From: Kineococcus radiotolerans SRS30216 = ATCC BAA-149
Lineage (GTDB): Bacteria > Actinomycetota > Actinomycetes > Actinomycetales > Kineococcaceae
Direction: 5' to 3'
Assembly: GCF_000017305.1 (NCBI RefSeq)
Contig: NC_009806.1
Span: 90,001 to 122,000 of the forward strand
DNA: 32,000 nucleotides
Positions 25,220 through 32,000 of this stretch are shown one piece after another. The notes beneath the pieces are model-generated. The model saw only the letters and a list, made by a program, of their open reading frames with translations. It was not told the DNA's origin and searched no databases. The translations under genes were made by a program, and so were the position numbers. The stretch's first letter is position 1. Every line of letters starts with the position of its first letter.

Positions 25220-28021
25220 TCAGCGCACGACGTGCAGGTGCGCGCGCTCCCCGGCCTCCGCCTGCGAGGGGTTGGTCACCGCTGGCGCGGTGGGAGGTCG
25301 GCGGCTGGTTGCTCGGACCCGCTGAGGCCGGCTCGGCCTGGGCGCAGCCTCGGCTCCGCGTGGGGCATTCACCTTGGAAGTGACCCGAGACCCGCCGGCG
25401 CGGGGCGAGCTTGCACGTGAGGGAGCGCGACGAGCCGGAGAGTCCTCCGCCTCGAGGTCGTCGTCGCGAGGGATGCGGGCGGTGATGAGGGTGCCGGCAT
25501 CGACCGTCAAGGACGCCGCGTCGTCTTGGTCGTCGCGCCACTCCAGGCTGCGCAGGTCCGGTTCGTCGAAGTCTTCTTCGGGGTCGCCCTCCAAGACGGC
25601 CCAGTGATCAGTCCCGTCGTCGACGAGCACCAGGTAGCCGGCCGCCAGCTCGTCGACGTCCAGATCGACCGGATCCCCGTAGCCGTCAAAGGGGTCACCC
25701 GCCGACCCGTCGAGCTCCCCCGCCTCGCTGAGGTCTTCACCGGAGTCGTCGTCCGCATCGATTTCCCCGCGGCCGAGGAGGTCAGCAGCTCTGGTCCTAC
25801 TGGCCTGGCCCTGACGCGGTCCTCGTCCGGCCGGCTCGATCGAAACGAACCGGCCAGCGCGCGGGTCGGGCTCGACGATCACGATTCCGTCGGTGTCTGC
25901 GGGGTCATGCTCGGCGGCGACGTTCGGCGGGAGCCATTCCGCGGCCAGGGCCGGGGACAGCAGGGATCGCGTCGCCAGGTCTGGACGCAGCTTCAGCGGG
26001 ATGATGCGGGCGACGTCTCGGAGGTGCTCGCTGGGTCGGGCTCCGACGCCGGCGGTCAGGGACGGTTGGAAGTAGGGACGGGACCACTGCGAGTACCGCA
26101 CGTCTTCTTCCTCATCGTTCTTCCCCTGACGCGGCTCGGGGGGAACGATGACCAGACGCTCGTGGGCAGCTTCACTGGGCCTGAGAGCACGCAGGATGTC
26201 CAGGTCGTCGTGCTGGCCTTCGCGGACCTTGCGGGGGTCGGGGGTCCAGAAGGTCTGGACCTCGATGACGTTGCCGGCCGGTCCCAGCGTGGTGCCGCGG
26301 CCGCGGATGCGGGGGACGCTGACGCCGGCGGTGTAGCTGTCCCACATCATGTTCGCGCCCTGCGGGGAGAGGCGTCCCAGAGCGACGCGTGCCCGGAAGT
26401 TGTCTCGTGCCTCACCGCTGAGGAAGTCCGCGTCGGGGCGCTGGGTACCCAGGACCAGGTGGACGCGGGAGCTGCGGCCCTTGCGGGCGATGGACTTCAC
26501 CGCTTCCAGTACGGGCGGTTTGCTGGGGTCTCCTCCACGGCCGGTGACGCGGATGTCGGCGTACCAGGGCAGGACGTTGCCGTAGAAGTCGCGGAACTCG
26601 TCCAGGATGAGCACGACCGGCTCGAAGTCGGTCTCGGTGGCTTCGCCGGCGATGACGGCGGCGTAGCGGTCCTCCATGATCTGCCAGACGGCGTGGATGA
26701 GGGCGACCTGCTCATCGACGTAGGTGGCGACGGTCTGGACGTTGGGCCATTCCCGGAATCCGAGGAACTCGATGCCCTTGCCGTCGACGATGTGAACGGG
26801 CCATCCCCACTTGGCGAAGCGGGCGACGATGTTGTGCAGCAGCACCGTCTTACCGGTACCGGTGGGGCCGACGACCATGAGCATCGGGTCGATGGCGGGA
26901 CGCCAGGCGATGGTGGCCCCGTCCTCGTCGACGGCGTAGGGGATCTCGACCCGGTCGTAGTTCAGCAGTGGATCCATGTCGTGCTCACGCGGGGCCGGGG
27001 AAGGTACCCGCGTTGGCAGCGTGGGGCGAAGCTCGAAGCGGACGAAGTCCTGGTGCAGCTGGAACCGCGCTCGCCAGCGGCCCGCCATCATCGCGGACAT
27101 GCTGCGCTCGACTCGTGCTCGCTGAGCGGCGGTGGCGACGCGAGTGCCGGCCTGGTGGTGGACGTTGAGGGCGACGATCTGGCGGGTGACCGCGGTCGCC
27201 TCTTCCGAGGGTGAGGAGGTACCCGCGGCGGGGGCCTGGTCGAAGTCGTCGGACTCGAGAGACGCCTGCATCTCGTCGAACTCCGGGGTGAGGCGGGCGC
27301 CGGGGCCCAGCAGGGACCGCACGAGACGTTCCGCGCGCAGGACTTCCAGCTCCAGGTAGGGGGCGAGGGAGGCGTCGCGGTACTTCCTGCGCAGCTGCAC
27401 GACTCCCTTGCGGGTGTCGTGGCGCACGATCACGTAGTCGCAGCCCAGCAGACGCGACACGGTGTCGAGCACGGACGTCTTCCACTTGGGATGGTCGGCG
27501 TTGACCACGCCTCGGGCGTAGGCGAGCTTCAGGCGCAGCGGCGTCCCGACCCACCATCCGTTCCATCGGGAGGCGATGACCCCCGCGCCGCCCTCCCCCG
27601 CCTCGCCCTTCTCGGGACGTTCCGGCTTCCAGCGGCTGGCTTCGACGTGACGGCGCGAGGGCTTGCGCAGTCCCAGCAGCGGGGTCAGGGCTTCGGTCAG
27701 GTCGTCGGCGAGCGCCGCTCGGCGTGCGCTGCGGACGCCGTGGACGGCTTCGTGCAGCGAGGCTGCTCCGCCGAGGACGGCGGCGACGGCTGAGAGCTTG
27801 GGGTAGCCGACCTCGGGAGCTGCGGCGTAGCCGGCCACGGCACCGGCCAGGCACACCAGCGAGCGCGTCGGCCAGGTCGTAGGCCGAGGAGGGAGCGCCG
27901 CAGTCCGGGTGAGCATCGTCGTGCCCGGCTCGCTGAGCAGCCCCGAGCCTCCGGGGTCGGTGCCTCCCAGCGAGGGTGGGCGTTCCTGCGTCGCAGCCGC
28001 GGCTTGCGCGAGGGAGGGCAT
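25220..28021 (-). CDS. FtsK/SpoIIIE-family DNA translocase (TraB/TcpA-like conjugative type), 933 aa
   Basis: Walker A VVGPTGTGKT (26846-26869). Walker B VVLILDEF. HLVLGTQRPD is typical of FtsK/SpoIIIE. There is only one P-loop domain. AGGAG lies 6 nt upstream of ATG 28021. The C-terminal 330 aa or so are acidic or low complexity. Confidence 0.85.
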   Translation of the reverse strand: MPSLAQAAAATQERPPSLGGTDPGGSGLLSEPGTTMLTRTAALPPRPTTWPTRSLVCLAGAVAGYAAAPEVGYPKLSAVAAVLGGAASLHEAVHGVRSARRAALADDLTEALTPLLGLRKPSRRHVEASRWKPERPEKGEAGEGGAGVIASRWNGWWVGTPLRLKLAYARGVVNADHPKWKTSVLDTVSRLLGCDYVIVRHDTRKGVVQLRRKYRDASLAPYLELEVLRAERLVRSLLGPGARLTPEFDEMQASLESDDFDQAPAAGTSSPSEEATAVTRQIVALNVHHQAGTRVATAAQRARVERSMSAMMAGRWRARFQLHQDFVRFELRPTLPTRVPSPAPREHDMDPLLNYDRVEIPYAVDEDGATIAWRPAIDPMLMVVGPTGTGKTVLLHNIVARFAKWGWPVHIVDGKGIEFLGFREWPNVQTVATYVDEQVALIHAVWQIMEDRYAAVIAGEATETDFEPVVLILDEFRDFYGNVLPWYADIRVTGRGGDPSKPPVLEAVKSIARKGRSSRVHLVLGTQRPDADFLSGEARDNFRARVALGRLSPQGANMMWDSYTAGVSVPRIRGRGTTLGPAGNVIEVQTFWTPDPRKVREGQHDDLDILRALRPSEAAHERLVIVPPEPRQGKNDEEEDVRYSQWSRPYFQPSLTAGVGARPSEHLRDVARIIPLKLRPDLATRSLLSPALAAEWLPPNVAAEHDPADTDGIVIVEPDPRAGRFVSIEPAGRGPRQGQASRTRAADLLGRGEIDADDDSGEDLSEAGELDGSAGDPFDGYGDPVDLDVDELAAGYLVLVDDGTDHWAVLEGDPEEDFDEPDLRSLEWRDDQDDAASLTVDAGTLITARIPRDDDLEAEDSPARRAPSRASSPRAGGSRVTSKVNAPRGAEAAPRPSRPQRVRATSRRPPTAPAVTNPSQAEAGERAHLHVVR

Positions 28022-28397
28022 GCCGATCTCCTGTCGGGTGAGCTGTCCCCTGGTGGGGCCGGTTCACTCCGGTAGGTGGCTCAACCGCGCACGGTGTGAC
28101 AGGTCCGGAAGAGCTTTCTGCCCGCGCCGCGCTACCGCGCCGATGTGGAGGTGTGGCTTGCGGCGCTCGCTGGTCGTGGGGCACCCGGCCGCGGTGGCGT
28201 CGCCTCAGCCGTCGGTCTGGATGACGTGGCGCCCGAACAGGGCGGGCCCCTTCAGCGAGGACGGGCGATCGGAGGTGTCGACGACCTCCTGGTCATGCTG
28301 GCGAGCGAGCACTTGCGCATGGTGACGATGCGCCTGTGATCCAGAGGCGACCGCATGGTGACCTCTGGGCCGTCAGTAGCCGTGAGCTCATCCCGAC

Positions 28398-30284
28398 CTA
28401 CTCGGTCACTTCGGTCGAGTCCTCCGACGCGGCGGCAGAGTCCTCTGAAGCGGTGGCGCCCTGTTGGGCCATGTTCTCGGTGTTGACTGCCCCAGCCCAT
28501 GGTGGCTGAGCACGACCGGCGATCGAGGCACCCGGGGCGACCTGGATGACGTCGTCCGCTTCAGCGGCAGTCCGCCCTTCGATGCGGGCGCCCAGTCCCA
28601 GCCTGAGGTTGCCCTCGATGTAGGCGTCCTGCCCTAGCTCGAGGTCACGGTCGCTGTGTGCGTCCTGCGCCAACTGAAGGTGGCCATCGATGTGGGCGTC
28701 CTGCTCCAGCTGAAGATGGCCGCCGATGTAGGCGCCCTCCCCCAGCGTGAGGTGGCTGCCGATGTGGGCGCCCTCCCTCAGCCAGAGGACGCCGTCGATG
28801 TGGGCGTGCGGCCCCAGCCAGAGGTCGCCGCCGATGTGGGCGCCTGGCCCCAGCGTGAGGTCGCCGCCGATATGGGCGCCCAGCCCCAGCCAGAAGACGC
28901 CGTCGATGTGGGCGCCTGGCCCCAGCGTGAGGTCGCCGCCGATGTGGGCGTCCGACCCCAGCCGGAATTCGCCGCCGATGTGGGCGCCTGGCCCCAGCTG
29001 GAGGTCGCCGCCGATGTGGGCGCCCAGCCAGAACTTGCCGCCGATGTGGACGCCTGGCCCCAGCTGGAGGTCGTCGTCGATGTGGGCGCCTTGCCCCAGC
29101 GTGAGGTCGCCGCCGATGTGGGCGTCCGACCCCAGCCAGAGCTTGCCGCCGATGTGCGCGCCTGGCCCCAGCCAGAAGACGTCGTCGATGTGGGCGCCTG
29201 GCCCCAGCGTGAGGTCGCCGCCGATGTGCGCCCTCGACCCCAGCCGGAAAACACCGATGTGGGCGCCTTCGACGAGCGCGAGGTCGCCCGAGAGGTAGAA
29301 GTTGGTGAGGTCGATCTTCCCGAGGCGCTGCCCGGTGAGGGTGAAGTCGTCCAACAGTTGGGCGCCCCGCAGGTTGACCTCGATCGGTGGGGTGTTCCCG
29401 TCGATGAGGGGAAGCATTGCGGTGATCAGGCGCTGGGCGGTGCGGCGCACCTCGGCTTCGGCGTCTCGAAGATCACGAACTACCTCATCACTGGGCTGCC
29501 AGGCGCGAGGGCGCGGCTGGTGGGGACCGGTCTCGGCAACGTCGGCGGTTGCATCGCCGTCGCCCGTCGTCTCGTCTGAGTCGGCCGGTGCGTCGTGGTC
29601 GGGGTGGTGGAACGGCTGCCGCAGGTAGGCGCAGAGGATGTCGACCACCGTCGGCACCCGGCCCCGGTCTTCGTCGGCGAGGCGGAACAGGCTGTGCATG
29701 CCGCCGAGTCGAACGGCTGCGGCGGTGTGGCCGAGCTGCTCGACGGCTTTGCCGAAGCGGTCGTCGCGGGCGCCGGTGACGTCGCGCTGGTCGGTCAGGT
29801 CGTTGGCGCGGCGGGTCTCCTCGAGGGCGGCTCGGGTCAAGCTCGCGGTGTGGTGACTGACGACGACACCGATGCCGGCGGCAGCGGCAGCCATCACCGC
29901 CCCGGACAGGACGCCTAGCGGCGACCGGGCGGAGATCTCCGCGGTGACGCGGGCGTTCGGGTCGGCCGGCGTGGGCTGCACGTTGTCGGGGACGAACAGG
30001 TCGGGTAGGTACACCCAGATGCCGACGATGACCGCGACGGCGACCACGATGATGCCGACGATGAGCCAGATCAACCTGGGCGGCAGGCCGCCTGCGGTGT
30101 TCGTCGGGGAGACGTTGCTGGCCTTACCGGCTCGGTCCGGATCGCGGTCTGCGATCGGTGGAGATTTCTTGGCCGACTTGTCGACGGCGCTCTCTGGATC
30201 GGCCATGCCAAGGGATCTTGCCGCTCGCTCGTTGATCCGTCTCGTGGACGCTGGCACAGAGTGCACTACCGCGTCGCGGCGCAC
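28398..30284 (-). CDS. membrane-anchored repeat protein: TM, then helical domain, then pentapeptide-like segment, then about 20 x 12-residue xAHIGGDLxLGx repeats
   Basis: TM LIWLIVGIIVVAVAVIVGIWVYL. RFGKAVEQLGHTAAAVRLGGMHSLFRLA...PTVVDILCAYLR resembles the N-terminal module of actinobacterial pentapeptide-repeat proteins (from memory). The repeat block spans about aa 339-575. Start is uncertain (GTG 30284 or ATG 30206). Confidence 0.8.
   Translation of the reverse strand: MRRDAVVHSVPASTRRINERAARSLGMADPESAVDKSAKKSPPIADRDPDRAGKASNVSPTNTAGGLPPRLIWLIVGIIVVAVAVIVGIWVYLPDLFVPDNVQPTPADPNARVTAEISARSPLGVLSGAVMAAAAAGIGVVVSHHTASLTRAALEETRRANDLTDQRDVTGARDDRFGKAVEQLGHTAAAVRLGGMHSLFRLADEDRGRVPTVVDILCAYLRQPFHHPDHDAPADSDETTGDGDATADVAETGPHQPRPRAWQPSDEVVRDLRDAEAEVRRTAQRLITAMLPLIDGNTPPIEVNLRGAQLLDDFTLTGQRLGKIDLTNFYLSGDLALVEGAHIGVFRLGSRAHIGGDLTLGPGAHIDDVFWLGPGAHIGGKLWLGSDAHIGGDLTLGQGAHIDDDLQLGPGVHIGGKFWLGAHIGGDLQLGPGAHIGGEFRLGSDAHIGGDLTLGPGAHIDGVFWLGLGAHIGGDLTLGPGAHIGGDLWLGPHAHIDGVLWLREGAHIGSHLTLGEGAYIGGHLQLEQDAHIDGHLQLAQDAHSDRDLELGQDAYIEGNLRLGLGARIEGRTAAEADDVIQVAPGASIAGRAQPPWAGAVNTENMAQQGATASEDSAAASEDSTEVTE
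28575..29270. repeat. 36-bp coding tandem repeat array (about 19-20 units)
   Basis: Repeated blocks such as GCCGCCGATGTGGGCGCCTGGCCCCAGCGTGAGGTC occur within CDS 28398-30284. The periodicity also produces several spurious overlapping ORFs in other frames. Boundaries are approximate. Confidence 0.85.
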
Positions 30285-30589
30285 ATCGGTGATGCCGCGA
30301 TCTGCGTGGCTTCGGGGACGGGAAAGACGCGGGCACTGAGGAGGCCCTCAGCCGCGCTTGGTCGCAAGGAGACGTCAGTGGCCGTCGGGGCGCGAACTGT
30401 GCGTACTCGACGCGCCGGGCTCACGTTAACCCTTGCCGCTCGCTTGACAGTAGGGGTACGCTCAAGCTGAGGTTCCCGGCGTAGCCCTCGGATTCGAGCG
30501 ATCCCAAACCGTCGCTCACACATGTCACACACCCCCGCCTGTGTCACAGCGAAGACGCTGGCCTCGGAAGCGGTTCTTCACCTCGCGCT

Positions 30590-31192
30590 TCAGGCCCCCA
30601 GAGCGGCGCTGGGGGGTTCTTCTCCCCCGGCACTGCTACCGAGCGAGCCCTCGATGGTGAGGGGGCTGGCACTCGCGGCTGGTGCTGGATCGGCGCCACC
30701 TTGGGGCTCCTGATCGGGGGTGCGGCGACGGTTCCAGTACGCGCGCATCGCCTGGCTCTGGCGAGCGCTACCGGCCGGGCTGGGTCCGCGCCGGGTCTGC
30801 TCGGGCGCGGGCGGGAAGAGCTGGCCGTCGTTGTACTGCTCCTCCAGCAGCTCGCACATCAGCGTCATCCCGGCGATGACCAGCTCGGACTTGGTGTTGA
30901 AGCCGTCCACCTCCAGCTGGGTCCAGTACCAGGCGTTCTTGGCCCGCTCCTCCAGCTCCTTCGGGGTGTAGTGGCTGTGCGCTCGCAGCCCCGTCGAGCG
31001 GTCAGGGTTGTAGCGCCCGCCGCGGCGCGCTTCGGCAAGGGGTGCCGCCGGGGACTCCACCGACTCCTTGCCAATGTGTCCTGCCTTGCCGTTGCGGGGT
31101 TCGCTGCCGAACGGATCGGCAAGGGGGCTGTCGTGGGTCTCCGGGTCCTCGCTCACCGGCCCGCCTCTCGGCTTCGTAGCGGGTAGTGACAT
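30590..31192 (-). CDS. putative ribbon-helix-helix-type DNA-binding protein (ParG/CopG-like centromere-binding or repressor protein)
   Basis: Disordered N-terminus, then LRAHSHYTPKELEERAKNAWYWTQLEVDGFNTKSELVIAGMTLMCELLEEQYNDGQLFP. This fits a strand-helix-helix pattern seen in small actinobacterial partition or repressor proteins (from memory). The tail is basic. The gene is flanked by repeated GTGACA half-sites. Confidence 0.4.
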   Translation of the reverse strand: MSLPATKPRGGPVSEDPETHDSPLADPFGSEPRNGKAGHIGKESVESPAAPLAEARRGGRYNPDRSTGLRAHSHYTPKELEERAKNAWYWTQLEVDGFNTKSELVIAGMTLMCELLEEQYNDGQLFPPAPEQTRRGPSPAGSARQSQAMRAYWNRRRTPDQEPQGGADPAPAASASPLTIEGSLGSSAGGEEPPSAALGA

Positions 31193-31226
31193 GCCACATC
31201 GGGACGGCGTGGCTGTGACATGTCAC
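31186..31226. promoter_or_regulatory. GTGACATG repeats including the perfect 12-bp palindrome GTGACATGTCAC
   Basis: GTGACATG at 31186-31193 overlaps the start codon of 30590-31192. GTGACATGTCAC lies at 31215-31226, 23 bp upstream of that start. Confidence 0.5.
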
Positions 31227-31258
31227 TACTGCCGGCTGCGCAGGGTGCCTCGTTCACA

Positions 31259-31954
31259 TCAGCTCCCGTCGGAGGCGGTGGTGATCTTCCCCGGCGCCCA
31301 CGAGCCGCTGCCCTTGCTGACGCGGACTGTCGACAGCTCGCGTTCGGTGCGCTCCCCCTGACCGTCGAGGGCCGCCCACATGACGACGACGTCGACGACG
31401 ATGGGCAGATCCTGGGTGTCGTCGCGGCCGGTGCGCAGGACGGCGTGCGCCTGCTGGTGCGGTTGCGTCCACCCACCGGCTTCCACATCGGAGGCAAGGG
31501 CCTGCCAAGCGACCTCGAGCAGCTCCTGACCATCAGTCGACCCCAGCAGGGCCGGGTCGGTGATGGCGCGGTCCCGCGGCAGCGAGCTGTTGAGGAGGTC
31601 CTGCAGGACCTGGTCGCTGACCGGCCCTGCCAAGGTGTCCTCGGGCGTGGGGATCGAGGATGCGTCCTCGCCCGCCGCGGGCGTGGGCGGGGAGGGGGCG
31701 ACGCTGTCGGTGGTGGATGCGGCCGGCGGAAGCACGGGATGTGGAGCTCCTGCGGTCGTCGTGAGCGCCGGCGGCGCCGGGGACGACGCGCTGCCGCCCT
31801 CGACGTTGCCCGTGGGAGGCGTGGTGGCTTGCCGTTCGGTGGCGGTCGTCGAGGTGGCGGCAGGCGTGGGCGCCTCCCACGGCAAGGGAACAGGCAGCAA
31901 GCAGAGTGCCCCGACCACCGCCAGCAGCGCCGCGGCGCACGACGGCAGCAGCAC
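31259..31954 (-). CDS. membrane-anchored Pro/Thr/Ala-rich protein with small C-terminal alpha+beta domain (possibly 5'-incomplete)
   Basis: N-terminal hydrophobic helix LLPSCAAALLAVVGALCLLPV, then an extended PT-rich linker, then the C-terminal domain (LLEVAWQALASDVEAGGW...IVVDVVVMWAALDGQG...LSTVRVSKGSGSWAP). The frame stays open upstream of GTG 31954 to the window edge. Confidence 0.5.
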   Translation of the reverse strand: MLLPSCAAALLAVVGALCLLPVPLPWEAPTPAATSTTATERQATTPPTGNVEGGSASSPAPPALTTTAGAPHPVLPPAASTTDSVAPSPPTPAAGEDASSIPTPEDTLAGPVSDQVLQDLLNSSLPRDRAITDPALLGSTDGQELLEVAWQALASDVEAGGWTQPHQQAHAVLRTGRDDTQDLPIVVDVVVMWAALDGQGERTERELSTVRVSKGSGSWAPGKITTASDGS

Positions 31955-32000
31955 GCTCCGACCGGGGACTGCGCGTTCGGGGCCTTCGACGTCGTCTCCG

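Noticed and set aside
25220-28021. Possibility that the FtsK/SpoIIIE protein is a type VII secretion EccC, given the EspR-like and EspI-like neighbours
   Set aside because: Only one Walker A/B ATPase domain is present, whereas EccC has three. No EccB/D, MycP or WXG-like genes are visible in the window.
28575-29270. Regular 36-bp periodic repeats that could be mistaken for a CRISPR array
   Set aside because: There are no unique spacers between the repeats; the units are contiguous. The whole block is in frame within a long ORF that encodes a coherent 12-residue protein repeat. No cas genes are nearby. ORFs 28656-29579(+), 28747-29298(+) and 28778-29254(-) are frame artefacts of the same repeat.
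30491-30507. GGATTCGAGCGATCC, superficially like a tRNA T-arm or att-site remnant
   Set aside because: No acceptor, anticodon or D-arm can be built around it on either strand. No GTTCGAATC-type T-loop or integrase gene occurs anywhere in the window.
24711-31190. Exact 13-mer AGCGGGTAGTGAC shared between 24711-24723 and 31178-31190
   Set aside because: For 32 kb on both strands, roughly ten or more exact 13-mer coincidences are expected by chance, and more with GC bias. The second copy lies inside the first codons of a CDS. It is recorded but not treated as evidence of a shared site.

Overview
High-GC (about 70%) actinobacterial-type DNA, densely coding, with about 24 credible CDS. I recognised no rRNA, tRNA, CRISPR array, integrase or transposase. 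All family assignments come from motifs read by eye and from remembered reference sequences; no search was run. Left third (0.6-8.8 kb): a double-HTH EspR/XRE-like regulator sits between two divergent, paralogous gene strings. Each string is an HExxH (ImmA/IrrE-like) protein, then a large polytopic membrane protein, then an oxygenase (FAD monooxygenase on one side, MpaB/DUF2236-like on the other). 9.4-11.9 kb: a translationally coupled pair. The first is a 563-aa orphan whose motif order resembles protein-primed family-B DNA polymerases, but with degenerate exonuclease and palm residues. The second is a 254-aa HTH/arginine-rich protein. Together they may be a replication or telomere module. 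13.8-19.7 kb: an EspI-like ParA/MinD ATPase with a roughly 430-aa disordered N-terminus, divergent from a third EspR-like regulator that is followed by three orphan genes. 19.9-24.6 kb: two secreted glycoside hydrolases, one a GH-A barrel fused to GH6 (both PROSITE GH6 signatures present) and one GH26-like. 24.7-32 kb (all minus strand): a repeat-rich intergenic site, a small membrane protein, a single-P-loop FtsK/SpoIIIE DNA translocase, a membrane-anchored protein with about 20 copies of a 12-residue His-containing repeat (36-bp DNA tandem array), an RHH-like DNA-binding protein bracketed by GTGACA half-sites, and a Pro/Thr-rich anchored protein. Overall this looks like an accessory, plasmid-like or ICE-like region. 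The best candidates for something undescribed are the mirrored peptidase/membrane/oxygenase cassette and the polymerase-like pair.
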